A DNA stretch of 64,000 nucleotides from the human T2T-CHM13v2.0 reference genome, Homo sapiens. The position numbers were made by a program, and so were the translations under genes. The notes under the pieces are model-generated. The model did no database searches and had not been told where the DNA came from. It was given only the letters and a program-made list of their open reading frames with translations. Shown one piece after another: positions 39,936 through 53,300 of the stretch. Location of the stretch: NCBI RefSeq assembly GCF_009914755.1, contig NC_060926.1. One strand, 5' to 3'. Every line of letters starts with the position of its first letter. Positions within the stretch are counted from its first letter, which is position 1.

Positions 39936-40450
39936 TATAGAGACAAGTTTCTATGGGTTCTCATGTTTCTGTATGTCTTATAAGCAGAGACACTAATGGT
40001 AATGGCCCTTTTTATTTTTTGAAAGACATTTACATAGCAAACAGCCTTTGAAGATGGAGATAATGTATTCATTTGGAACAGAGGGCAGCTTAATTTGCTG
40101 GCCGCTGTAATAAAGATAATGACTCCCTCTGGGGCAAAAGTTGAGTAGATTTGCTTTCACCCTGTGATAAAAGCCTGAGGTTTCCTAACCTCAAGGTTCC
40201 TCAGCTGTGATGCAAACTCACTGCTTGTATAGCATCCACCTGGGCCATACTACGTTACCCCAATGAGAGTTGGCAAGGAAATAAAAGGAACCAAGGCAAA
40301 CATGAAGTTCAGTATGCTTGCTGTGCTGTGAATTATAAGGCTTTTTGTCTCTGACGCAGGAATCTCAGAACTTCTCCAGCAACCATGAAACTGGGAGGCT
40401 AAACTAGCATGCAAGTAGGGCAAATTCTAAAACCTTTACTGTTCTTGACA
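39936..40450 (+). mobile_element. MER77/MER68-like solo LTR
   Basis: agagacaagtttctatggg..tagcaaacagcctt..taaagataatgactccctctggggcaaa..gttcctcagctgtga..gttcttgaca. Confidence 0.75.
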
Positions 40451-40658
40451 TTTATTATGCAGCTGTTGGATGAAATGTTCTGTATATGCTCATTAGGTTA
40501 AGTTTATTAATCAGGTCATTCAGATCTTATATATCCCTACTGCTTGTTTTTCTGTATTTTTTATCAGTTATGAGAGAAGGGTGTGTGTGACTTCCATTAT
40601 GATTGTGGATTTGCCTCTCTCTTCCTGTACTTCTGCCAATCTTTGCTTTTTGTGTACT

Positions 40659-41156
40659 TTTTTAATAGATGTTGATATGGTTTGGCTCTGTGTCCCCACA
40701 CAAATCTCATCTTGAATTGTACTCCCATAATTCCCACATGTTGTGGAAGGGACTTGGTGGGAGATAATTGAATCATGGGGGTGGTTTCCCCCATACTGTT
40801 CTCATAGGAGTGAATAAGTCTCATGAGATCTGAGGGTTTCATCAGGGGTTTCTGCTTTTGCATCTTCCTCATTCTCTCTTTGCCTGCTGCCATCCATGTA
40901 AAGCAGGACTTGCTCCTCCTTGCCTTCTGCCATGATTCTGAGACTTCCCCAGCCAAGTGGAACTGTAAGTCCAATTAAACCTCTTTCTTCTGTAAATTGC
41001 CCAGTCTCGGGTACGTCTTTATCAGCAGCATGAAAATGGACTAATACAGATGGTGTCTTGTTTCCCAGGCTAGCCTCAAACTCCTGGACTCAAGGAATCC
41101 TCCCATCTCAGCCTCCTAAGTCACTGGGACAACAGGCATGCACGATGGGGGCCAGC
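40659..41156 (-). mobile_element. Free Alu monomer (FLAM/FAM-like) split by a THE1 LTR
   Basis: tttttaatagatg rejoins gtgtcttg..cccaggctagcctcaaactcctggactcaagg..ggccagc; flanked by a TSD-like tgtgtacttt. Confidence 0.75.
40673..41048 (+). mobile_element. THE1A/B-like solo LTR
   Basis: tgatatggtttggctctgtgtcccca..ggactaataca; TSD gatgt/gatgg. Confidence 0.93.
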
Positions 41157-41482
41157 TTGTTTTGTGTGTACTTTGAAGATATAATAATGCGTTCAAATTT
41201 TTTGGATTATTTGTCATCTTGAAGAACCAGCCCTTTTATCATTTAAAATACCCCTCCTTATCTTTGGTAATATTTCTTATTATTAATCTATTTTGAGATT
41301 AATACAACCACACCAGCTTTCTTGTGCTTACTGTTTATGTGGTATGTATTTTTCCATCCTTTTACTTTTAGCAGTAGTTCTATTATATTTAAAGTATGTC
41401 TAAAAAAATAGTATGCAGTTTCTTCCTATTTCAACAGTCTGTCTTTCATTGTAGTACTTTGGTGGTTTTAAAATATGTCCAC

Positions 41483-44085
41483 GGGCATGATGTCAGCAAA
41501 ATGACTGACTAGGAGACTCCAAGCTCTCATTCCTCCACAGAAACACACACAAACTGTGTAAGCCAACTTTGCATGAGCTCTGGAGAATAATCAAAGGTTA
41601 CAGCTCCTAAGAAAACATCTAATCAAAAAAAGCCATCTGAAAATTGGTAGGAGAGTTTTGTGGTGGTTTTTACTCATCCTTTCCCCATCCTCTTCCAGTG
41701 TGGCAGCAGCCTGGTCTTGAGTGTCAGGATCCCAGTCTCCACTCCTTTCCCTCAAACCAGAAGGAATAGAGCAGACCCTATTTGCAAATTACTATGTACA
41801 TCTGTTATAACCTGGCTAGGGAATACCTAGAGGACTGAGGTAGGGTGCTCATCTCTGTATGGCATAACTGAATGCAGGAAGAAAGAGCAGTGGGCACTTT
41901 TCCCCTAGTAGTTTGTAAAGCTACAGGGAACTACAAGTCAACAGATGTTTTGGGCAACAGATTACAAATGGAGACGTACAACAGACCATCTAAGGCCCAG
42001 AGGAGAAGCTGGGGTGAGACTCTTTGGAAAATTAGGACATACAAAAGCAGCCACATATATGGAAGAAGTCAGTAGTCCACACATGGTCAAACAAGATGCA
42101 TGCTCAGGAAAGATCTGAGATGACATTAAGTTTTCACCTCAGGCTGACTCCTAGACTCAGAGCAAGCCTATCTAAGTAGCAAAGGAGTGTCCCAGCACAA
42201 AGCCCATCTACAAAGACTAGAAGAGGAGGTTTTTCACTCTTTTAGGCTTCTACTGGGGGGGAGGGCTATTGTTTGCTTGTTTGAGCTCCACACATTCAAA
42301 AAACTCTCTGAAAACATTAGCTAAACCAAGCTTACATAACAAAGTGATCACACATGACAAGGGCTTTGCAGAAATAGTTTGAAAAATCCTCAAAAGAAAC
42401 TACTACAGCCTTTGACAATTAGAATAAAAAAGAGCAAATGTTGGGAAAAGAAGGAAATCTGTTTTTCAGAGTTACCACATTGTAACAGTCAAATACCCAG
42501 TATTTAATAAAAACTCACAATGCATAGAAGAAAGAAAAACAAGAAAATATGGCTTCTTCAAAGAAGCAAAATAAATAACATAAACCATTCGTGAAGAAGC
42601 CCAGACATCAGAATTAGTACATAAAGACTTTAAAACAACTATATTATGTATGCTCAAAGAGACAAACAAAACCACAAAGAACTAAAAGGAATCAGGAAAA
42701 CAATATATGAACAAATGAGAATATAAATAAAGACATAAAAGTTATAAAAAGGGGAGTGGCTGGCAAGATGGCCAAATAGAAACAGCTGTGGTCTGCAGCT
42801 CCCAGTGAGATCAACGCAGAAGGTGGATGATTTCTGCATTTCCAACGGAGGTACCCAGCTCATCTCATTGGGACTGGTTAGACAGTGGGTGCAGCTAACT
42901 GATGGCGAGCTGAAGCAGGGTGGGGTTTCGACTCACCTGGGAAGCTCAAGGGGTTGGGGAACTCCCTCCTCTAGCCAAGGGAAGTGTGGGGGACAGTGCC
43001 ATGAGGAACGGTGCACTCCAGCCCAGATATTATGCTTTTCCCACAGTCTTCACAACCCACAGACCAGTAGATTCCATTGGGTGCCCACACCACCAGGGCC
43101 CTGGGTTTCAAGCACAAAACTGGGAAGCTCTTCGGGCAGACACTGAGCTAGCTGCAGTTTTTTTGTTTGGTTGGTTTTTTCATACCCCAGCGGTGCCTGG
43201 AACGCCAGTGAGACAGAACCGCTCACTCCCCTGAAAAGGGGGCTGAAGCCAGGGAGCCAAGTGGTCTAGCTCAGTGGATCCCATCCCCACGGAGCCCAGC
43301 AAGCTAAGATCCACTGGCTTCAAATTCTTGCTGCCAGCACAGCAGTCTGAAGTCGACCTGGGACGCTAGAGGTTGGTGGGGGAAGGGGCATCCACCATTA
43401 CTGAAGCTTGAGTGGGTGGTTTCCCCTCACAGTGTAAACAAAGCCCCCAGGAAGTTCAAACTGGGTGGAGCCCACCACAGCACTGCAAAGCCTCTGTAAC
43501 CAGATTGCCTCTCTAGATTCCTCCTCTCGGGGCAGGGCATCTCTGAAAGAAAGGCAGCAGCCCCAATCAGGGGCTTATAGATAAAACTCCCATCTCCCTG
43601 GGACAGAGCACCTCGGGGAAGTGTACAGGTACTTGTACATTGATGTTCGTAGCAGCATTATTCACAATAGCTACAAAGTAGAAAGAACCAAGTGTCCAGT
43701 GATGAATGAATGAATGAAAATATGATGTATACATATAACGGAATATTCTTCAGCCTTAAAAAGTGCAATCTAATATAGTCTATAACAAGGCTAAGCCTTG
43801 AAAATATTGTTTGCCAGATGCAAAATGGCAAATGGTGTATGATGTACCTAGAATAGGCAAATTCATAGAGACAGAAAGTAGAACAAAAGTTACCAGAGGA
43901 TTGGTGGAGGGAAGAATGGGGAGTTACTGTTTAATGGGTACAGAGCTTCTGTTTGGAACGACGAAAAAGTTCTGGAAATGGATAGTGGTGATGGCTACCC
44001 ATTGTGAATGTACTAATGCCACTGAATTGTATGTTTAAAAAGTGTTAAAATGGTAAATCTTTTGTATATTTTACAATTTAAAAAT
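41483..44085 (+). mobile_element. L1MB-like element: 5'UTR/ORF1 start (41483-42750) and 3' end (43621-44085), middle deleted
   Basis: 5' end tgatgtcagcaaaatg..; ORF1-like aaagactttaaaacaact..; 3' end ataggcaaattcatagagacagaaagtaga..gatagtggtgatgg. Confidence 0.75.
42751..43620 (+). mobile_element. Isolated L1PA7-like 5'UTR fragment
   Basis: ggctggcaagatggccaaatag..gtctgcagctcccagtgagatcaacgcagaagg..; stops abruptly at gacagagcacctcggggaa. Confidence 0.88.
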
Positions 44086-44299
44086 CACCAAAAAGTCTTC
44101 ACTTCTTTTAGCATTTTTTTTTATACTTTAAGTTCCGGGATACATGTGCAGAATGTTCAGGTTTGTTACATAGGTATACGTGTGCCTTGGTGGTTTGCTG
44201 TACCTATTGACCCATCCTCTAAGTTCCTTCTCCTTGCCTCCCACCCCCAACAGGCCCTGATGTGTGTTATTCCCCTCCCTGTGTCCATGTGTTCTCATT

Positions 44300-47200
44300 G
44301 TTCAGTTCCCACTTATGAGTGAGAACATGTGATGTTTGGTTTTCTGTTCCTATGCTAGTTTGCTGAGGATGATGGCTTCCAGCTTCACCCATGTCCCTGT
44401 AAAGGACATGATCTCATTCCTTTTTATGGCTGCATAATATTCCATGGTGTATATTTACCACATTTTCTTTATCCAGTCTATCATTGTTGGGCATTTGGGT
44501 TGGTTCCAACTCTTTGCTATTGCAAATTGTGTTGCAATAAACATACGTGTGCATTTGTCTTTATAGTAGAATGATTTCTATTCCTTTGGGTATATAGCCA
44601 GTAATGGGATTGCTGGGTCAAATGGTATTCCTGATTCTAGATCCTTGAGGAATCACCATACTGTCTTCCACATGGTTGAACTAATTTACATACCCACCAA
44701 CGGTGTAAAAGCGTTTTGGTTTCTCCACAGCCTTGCCAGCGTCTATTGTTTCTTGATTTTAATAATTGCCATTCTGATTGGTGTGAGATGGTATCTCATT
44801 GTGGTTTTGATTTGCATTTCTCTAATGATTAGTGATGTTGAGCATTTTTTCAACGTTTGTTGGCCACGTAAATGTCTTCTATTTAGAAGTATCTGTTCAT
44901 ATCCTTTTCTCACTTTTTAATGGGATTGTTTGTTTTTTCTTGTAAATTTGCATAAGTTCCTTGTAAATTCTGGATATTAGACCTTTGTCAGACAGGTAGA
45001 TTGCAAAAATTTTCTCCCATTCTGTAGGCTGCCTTTTCACTCTGATGATGGTTTCTTTTGCTGTGCAGAGGCTCTTTCATTTAATTAGATCCCATTTGTC
45101 AATTTTGGCTTTTGTTGCAATTGTTTTTGGTGATTTCATCATGAAGTCTTTGCCCGTGCCTATATCCTGAATGGTATTACCCAGGTTTTCTTCTAGGGCT
45201 TTTATGGTTGGGGTTTTACATTTAAGTCTTTAATCCATCTTGAGTTAATTTTTGTATAATGTGTAAGGAAGGGGTCCAGTTTCCATTTTCTGCATATGGA
45301 TAGCAGAAAATTTAATGTACTTTTCCCAGCACCATTTATTGAATAGGAGATCCTTTCCCCATTGCTTGTTTTTGTCAGGTTTGTCTAAGATCAGATGGTT
45401 GTAAATGTGTGGTGTTATTTCTGAGGTCTCTTCTGTTCCATTGGTCTATATGTCTGTTTTGGTACCAGTACCATGCTGTTTTGTTTACTATAGCATTGTA
45501 GTATACTTTGAAGTCAGGTAGCATGATGCCTCCAGCTTTGTTCTTTTTGCTTAGGATTGTCTGGGCTTTAAGGGGTCTTCTTTGATTCCATATAAAATTT
45601 AAAGTAGTTTTTCTAATGCTGTAAAGAATGTCAATAGTAGTTTGATGGGAACAGCATTGAATGTATAAATTACTTTGAGCAGTATGGCCATTTTCACGAT
45701 ATTGATTCTTCCTATCCATGAGGATGGAATGTTTTTCCATTGTTTGTGTCCTCTCTTGTTTTCTTGAGCAGTGGTTTGTAGTTCTCCTTGAAGAGGTCCT
45801 TCACATCTATTGTTAGCTGTATTTCTAGGTATTTTATTCTCTTTGTGGCAATTGTGAATGGGAGTTTATTCATGATTTGGCTCTCTGCTTGCTATTTTTG
45901 GTGTATAGGAATGCTTGCAATTTTTGCACATTGATTCTGTATCCTGAAACTTTGCTGAAGTTGCTTATCAGCTTAAGGAGATTTTGGGCTGAGATGATGG
46001 GGTTTTCTGAATATACAATCATGTCATCTGCAAACAGAGACAATTTGACTTCCTCTCTTCCAATATGAATACCCTTTATTTCTTTCTCTTGCCTGATTGC
46101 CCTGGCCAGAACTTCCAATACTGTGTTGAATAGGAGTGGTGAGAGAGGGCATTCTTGTCTTGTATCAGTTTTCAAAGGGAATGCTTCCAGCCTTCGCCCA
46201 TTCAATATGATATTGGCTGTGGGTTTGTCATAAATAGCTCTTAATATTTTGAGATATGTTCCATCAACACTTAGTTTATTGAGAGTTTTTAACATGAAAG
46301 GATGTTGAATTTTATCAAAGGCCTTTTCCGCATTTATCGAAATAATCATGTGGGTTTTCTCTTTGGTTCGTTTATGTGATAGATTACGTTTATTGATTTG
46401 TGTATGTTGAACCAGACTTGCATCCCAAGGATGAAGCCAACTTGATCATGACAGATAAGTTTTTCATGTGCTACTGGATTCGGTTTGCCAGCATTTTACT
46501 GAGGATTTTCACATCGATGTTCACCAGGGACATTGGCCTGAAGTTTTCTTTTTTTGTTGTGTCTCTGCCAGGTTTTGGTATCAGGATGATTCTGGCTTCA
46601 TAAAATGAGTTAGAGATGAATCCCTCCTTTTCAATTGTTTGGAATAGTTTCAGAAGGAATGGTACCAGCTCCTCTTTGTACCTTTGGTAGAATTTGGCTG
46701 TGAATCCATTTGGTCCTGGGCTTTTTATTGGTTGTTAGGCTATTAATTTACTGCCTCAATCTCAGAACTTGTTATTGGTCTGTTCAGGGATTCAACTTCT
46801 TCCTGGTTTAGTGTTGGAAGGGTGTATGTGTCCAGGAATGTATCCATTTCTTCTAGATTTTCTAGTTTATCTGTGTAGAGGTGTTTATAGTATTCTCTGA
46901 TGGTAGTTTGTATTTGTGTGGGGTCAGTGGTGATATCCCCTTTATCATTTTTTATTGTGCCTATTTGATTCTTCTCTCTTTTCCTCCTTAATAATCTGGT
47001 TAGAAGTCTATCTATTTTGTTAATTTTTTCAAAAAACCAGTTCCTGGATTCATTGATTTTTGGAGGGTTTTTCATGTCGCTATCTCCTTCAATTCTGCTC
47101 TGATCTTAGTTATTTCTTGTCTTCTGCTAGCTTTTAGATTGGTTTGCTCTTGCCTCTCTAGCTCTTTTCATTGTGATGTTAGGGTGCTGATTTGAGATCT

Positions 47201-48135
47201 TTCTAGCTTTCGGAGGTGGGCATTTAGTGCTATTAATTTCCCTCTTAACACTGCTTTAGCTGTGTCACAGAGATTCTGGTATATTGTCTCTTTGTTCTCA
47301 CTGGTTTCAAAGAAATTCTTGATGTCTGCCTTAATTTCATTATTTACCCAGGAGACATTCAGGAACAGGTTGTTCAATTTCCATGTAATTGTGTGGTTTT
47401 GAGTGAGTTTCTTAATCCTGAGTTCTAATTTGATTGCACTGTGGTCTGAGAGACAGTTTGTTATGATTTCTGTTCTTTTGCATTTCCTGAGGAGTGTTTT
47501 ACTTCCAATTATGTGGTCGATTTTAGAATAAGTGCCATATGGCACTGAGAAGAATGTATATTCTGTTGATTTGGGGTGGAGAGTTCTGTAGATGTCTACT
47601 AGGTCCACTTGATCCAGAACTGAGTTGAAGTTCTGAATATCCTTGTTAATTTTCTGTCTCGCTGATCTGTCTAATACTGACAGTGGGGTGTTAAAGTCTC
47701 CCACTATTATTGTGTGGGAATCTAAGTCTCTTCGTAGGTCTCTAAGAACTTGTTTTATGAATCTGGGTGCTTCTGTATTGGGTGCACATATATTTAGAAT
47801 AGTTAGCTCTTCTTGTTGAATTGTTCCCTTTACCATTACATAATGCCCTTTGTCTTTTTTTGATTTTTGTTGACTTAAAGTCTGTTTTGTCAGAGACCAG
47901 GATTGCAACCCCTGCTTTTTTTTTTTTCCTTTCCATTTGCTTGGTAAATTTTCCTCCATCCCTTTATTTTGAGCCTATGTGTGTCTCTGCACATGAGATG
48001 GGTCTCCTGAATACAGCACACCAATGAGTCTTGACTTCTTATCCAATTTGCCAGTCTGTGTCTTTTAGTTGCAGCATTTAGCCAATTTACACTTAGGGTT
48101 AGTATTGTTATGTGTGAATTTGATCCTGTCATCAT
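44300..48135 (-). pseudogene. Disrupted L1 ORF2 (endonuclease/reverse transcriptase)
   Basis: ORF track fragments MMTGSNSHITILTL.., [44 protein letters not shown] lie in different frames. Confidence 0.92.
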
Positions 48136-48195
48136 GATGCTATCTGGTTATTTTGCACAATAGTTGATGCAGTTTCTTCATAGTGTCATTGGTCT

Positions 48196-49195
48196 TTATA
48201 ATTTGGTTTTTTTTTGCCGTGGCTGGTACTGGTTTTTCCTTTCCATATTTAGTGCTTCCTTCAGGAATTCTTGGAAGACAGGCCTGGTGGTGAGGAAATC
48301 CTTCAGCATTTGCTTGTCTGGAAAGGATTTTATTTCTCCTTCACTTATGAAGCTTAGTTTGGTTGGACTTGAAATTCTGGGTTGAAACTTCTTTTCTTTA
48401 ATAATGTTGAATATTGGCCCCCAATCTCTTCTGGCTTGTAGGATTTCTGCTGAGAGGTCCACTGTTAGTCTGATGGGCTTCCCTTTGTAGGTGGCCCGGC
48501 CTTTCTCTCTGGCTGCCCTTAACATTTTTTTCTTCATTTCAACCTTGGAGAATCTGATGATTATGTGTCTTGGGGTTGATCTTCTCATGGAGTATCTTAG
48601 TAGTGTTCTATTTCCTGAATTTGCATGTTGGCCTGTCTTGCTAAATTGGGGAAGTTCTCCTGGATAATATCTTGAAGTGTGTTTTCCAACTTGTTTCCAT
48701 TCTTCCTATCTCCTTCAGGTTCAGCCTTACATAGTCCCATATTTCTTCGACGCTTTGTTTGTTCCTTTTCACTCTTTTTTCTCTAATCTTGTCTGTATGC
48801 CTTATTTCAGCAAGGTGGTCTTCAAACTCTGTTATCCTTTCTTCCACTTGGTCGATTCAGCTATTGATACTTGTTTCTGCTTCACAAAGTTTTTGCGCTG
48901 TGTCCTTCAGATCTATCAGGTCATTTATGTTCCTCTCTAAACTGGTTATTCTAATTAGCAGCTCCTCTAATCTTTTATCAAGGTTCTTAGCTTCTTTGCA
49001 TTGTGTTAGAACATGCTCCTTTAGCTCAGCAGGGTTTTTTATTGCCTATCTTCTGATGCCTACTTCTGTCAGTTTGTCCATCTCATCCTCCATTCAGTTG
49101 TGTGCCCTTGCTAGAGAGACACTGCGATAACTTGGAGGAGAAGAGGCACTCTGGTCTTTTGGATTTTCAGCGTTTTTTCATTGATTCTTTCTCAT
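48196..49195 (-). pseudogene. Disrupted L1 ORF1 (RNA-binding protein)
   Basis: RRSTPRHIIIRFSKVEMK..YKGKPIRLTVDLSAE..ARRDWGPIF at 48196..48588; upstream part broken by stops and a deletion. Confidence 0.9.
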
Positions 49196-51217
49196 CTTCA
49201 TGAGTTTGTCTAGTTTAGATCTTTGAGGCTGCTTACCCTTGGATGGGGTTTTGTGGGGACATTTTTGTTGTTGTTGATGCTGTTGTCACTTTCTGTTTTA
49301 TTTTTTGTTTTTATTTCAATGGTCAACTCCCTCTTCTATAGGGCTGCTGCAGTTTGCTGGGGGTTCACTTCAGTCCCTATTCATCCGTCTCACTCCCACA
49401 CCTGGAGATGTTCCTCAAGGAGGCTGAAGAACAGCAAAAATGGGTGCCTTCTCCTTCTTCTGGGATCTCTGACCTCGAGGGGCAGTAACCTGATGCCAGT
49501 AGGATTGCTGCAGTATAGGGTGTCTGACAACCCCTACTGGAGGGTCTTACCCAGTTGGGTGGCATGGGGAACAGGACCCATTTAAAGAAGCACTTTGACT
49601 GTCCCTTGGTGAAGTGGGTGCACTTTGCTAGGGGAAAACCCATTCATCTGGGCTGCCCGAATTCCTCACAACTACCAGCAGGAGAGGCTAAGTCTGGTGG
49701 TCTGCAGAGACTGCGGCCACCCCTCCCACTAGGGGCTCAGGCCCAGGGAAGTCAGGGTTCTCTGTCCCTGAGCCTCTGGCTGTAGGTGTTGGAGTTCCTG
49801 CAGGGAGGCCCCACCCATTGAGGAAGGATGGGACAGGGACAGGCCTGAAGAGGCGCTCTGACCACAGTCTGCCACAACCGGTGTGTTGGGCTGGGGGAGA
49901 CACCTCTTGCAACCAAGTCATCCAACCCCCCTGGCTCCAGCAGGGGAAAAGCATGGCCTGGAGCTTTAGAGATGGATGCCACCCTTCCCCTGCCCAGGGA
50001 GCTCAGCGTGTTAGGCAGTTATGAGATCCCTTGCTGGCTGCTGCCCCTCCCCTAAAGAGCTCAAATGGCTCAGACAGCTGGCAGCCACAGCTGTGGTTCT
50101 GGTGGCCCCTCCCCCAAGGAGCTTGGCAGGCTTAAACAGATTCTAGCTGAGAAGCTGTTGAGAATCTGCATGGTTCTGGGGTTGGGGCTCTAGGCCCCCG
50201 TGGCATGGATTCGCGAGTGGGATCTTCCAATCCATGGTTGCACAGTTCTGTGGAAAAAGCACAGTTTCCTCAGCTAGGTAGCACCCTCACTCACCGCCTC
50301 CCTTGGCTGGGAGGTCAATGCTTGCCTGCCCCATTTGGCTCTCAGATGGGCCACTCACCACATTGCTCTTCCTTCCTCTCCGTGGATCATGCCAGCCGCC
50401 TAGTCAGTTCTGATAAGAGAATCTTGATACCTTGGTTGCTGGTGCAGGAATCACATGCAAATTATGGTTCTTTTTGATGAGAGCCTCCAATCACCGCTGC
50501 TTCTAGTCGGCCAACCTTGCCCCACCTACCCACTTTTTTTATATATTACTCCCTTCAAAAGGTGGAGCCCAGTTTTCTTCCTTTGAGTGCAGGCTAGACT
50601 TAGTGACTCCCTTCCAAGATACAGAATAAAGCTTAAGTGATGGTCTATGAATTAAGAGACTAAGTCCTAAAAGGCACTGTGTCTTCTCTGCTCTGTCCAT
50701 TGGACTGCTCCCTCTGGGCAGTTAGATGCCAGGTCATGAAAATATTGAAGCAGTCATTGGAAAGGCTCTTGAGAGGCAGAGGTCTCCTGTCACTGGCCAT
50801 GTGAGTGAGCCATCTAGGGACAGATCCTCCAGGTCCCATCAAGCCCCAGTTCTCTACAGCTTCTGCTGACATCCTGATTGGTGTTTCATAATAAATCCTG
50901 AGCCATAACAACCTAGCTAGGTCTCTCCCGAATTCCTAAGCTACTGAAAGTGTGAAACAAAAATGTTTGTTATTTTAAGCCTCTATGTTTTGGAGTAAGT
51001 TGTTTTTCAGCAATAGATAATTCATGCAAGTTTATAGTTCATTTTTACTTAATGTAATTACCATTATGGTTATGTTTCAATCTGCCATCTTGCTTTTGTT
51101 TTTTATTTGTTCCATCTGTTCTTTGGTACTTTGTTTCTATGTGCCGTTTTTCCTATTTTCTTTTGGATTAACCAAAGAGTTTTACATCTTTCATTTTGTC
51201 TACTCTATTTGCTTTTT

Positions 51218-51574
<357 letters not shown>

Positions 51575-53027
51575 TCTAGTTGCTTTTTTAATTGTAACTT
51601 GTTGTAATTTAAATTGCTTCTCCAAGGATTATAGTAGGCCTCCTCAATTTATCACAGCCTGGCTTGGATTACTATTATAGAATGCTTATCAAATATAAAA
51701 ACTATAACAGCATAATTTCAATTATCCCCCATTATTCCCTTTGTGCTTTGGTTGCCATATATTTTACTTCTACATATGTTATTAATTTCATTGCATATTT
51801 GTATTGTTGTTTTAAATAATCAATAGTCCTTTAAGAAAAAAATGTAATTTTTTTTTGTATTTACCCACATATTACAATTTCCAGTGCTCTTTTTTTTTTC
51901 TTGTTAAACTATAATACTTCACATTTAGCCCAAGGAACTTTCTTTGGTGTTTTTGTAGCATAATTCTGAGGGCCACAAATTGCTCTGACTTTTAGTTTAA
52001 AACACCTTTCTTTTTCTCCCTTAATTTTTGGAGGATATATTCACCAGATATAGTATTCTTGGCTTTCTGTTTTATTTTAACGTTTTTTAAATGTCATTTC
52101 ATTGTGTTCTTATTCCATTTTTCCTAATGGGATGTCAGATTTACCTTTGGTTTTCAGCAGTTTGACTATGTTGTGTTTAAATATTTTTCCTGCTTGATAT
52201 TTGCTGAGTTTCTGCGATCTGTAGTTGATATTCTTCATCAATATTGGAAATGTTCAATTATTATGTTTTCAAGTATTTTTTCTCTTTCTTCTATTTTGAG
52301 GCTCCAGTTGTTCATATGTTAGACTGCTTGACAATGATCAGTCTTAGGCATTCTGTACGTGATGGTTGTTATGTTTGCTTTTTACTTTCTCTTTTCTTTT
52401 TATTCTTCAGTTTGTATAATTTCTATTGACCCGTCTTTTAATTCACTGATCCTTTCTTCAATTATCCAGTCTAATATTGTCACCTCAATGAATTCTTAAT
52501 TTCAAGGAAGATAATTTCCAGTTCTAGAATTTCTGTTTCCATTTTTTTGATAAAATTTTCTATTTGTTCACCATTATGTCCACTTTTCTATAATTTTTTA
52601 AATTACTCATTACTGTGATTCTTATTTCTAATTCCAACCTTTCGGTCATCTGTGAGTCTACCTCTATAACTTCATTTTCATTATTATGGGTCATGTTTTC
52701 CTGTTTTTTTATGTTTGGTTATTTTTTATTGTATGCTGGACCTTATCAATGATATCTGTAGAAGTTCTGGGTTATCTACCTCCAAATAATGCTAAGTTTT
52801 GTTCTGCTAGGTAGTCAAGTTACTGGCAGGGAAGGTCTATCTCAGGTTTATTCTTGATATTACAGTGTTTTCCACCGGGGATGTTATCTTTATACCTTAG
52901 ATATTGTTTTTCTGGAGTTCATACTGAATGTCAAGTGTGTTCAACAAGGCAGCTAAGCTGGGGTCAGAACTCCAATATCTCCCCAGCACTTTGCAACCTT
53001 GGAAAACTCTTCTCAGCTCTAATTCTA

Positions 53028-53300
53028 TGTTCTGGTTACTGTTGTTGTGTAACAGATTACTCCCAAAACTTAGCAACTTCAAAAGCCATTTTATTATGCT
53101 CTCAGCTTCTGTAGATCAGGAATTTGTGCAGAGCAAAATTGACTTGTCTTTGCTCTACAAAGCAGTCACTGTCTATCAAGACTCAAAAGGAGAGAAACAG
53201 ACTCCACTTCTTGATGGGAGCATGCCAAAGTCATATTTTTAAAGAGCATGTGGGATGACAGATATTGTTTGACCATCTTTACAAAATTCAATCTGCCACA
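53028..53300 (-). mobile_element. MLT1G/H-like LTR with an internal deletion
   Basis: tgtgtaacagattactcccaaaacttagc..atcaggaatttg..agactccacttcttgatggg..caatctgccaca. Confidence 0.7.

Larger units (their letters stand above)
44111..50530 (-). mobile_element. Full-length L1PA8-like LINE (about 6.4 kb), inactive
   Basis: 3'UTR, ORF2, ORF1 and 5'UTR all present; TSD cacttctttta (44100-44110) / cacttttttta (50531-50541). Confidence 0.95.
41459..51028 (+). mobile_element. MLT1F-like LTR split into 41459-41482 and about 50535-51028 by L1 insertions
   Basis: tggtggttttaaaatatgtccac rejoins ctcccttcaaaaggtggagccc..gacttagtgactc..cagcaatagataattcatgca. Confidence 0.75.

Noticed and set aside
44300-49195. 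Active L1 or novel reverse transcriptase system
   Set aside because: ORF1 and ORF2 are split over multiple frames with stops; this is a standard dead L1PA copy.
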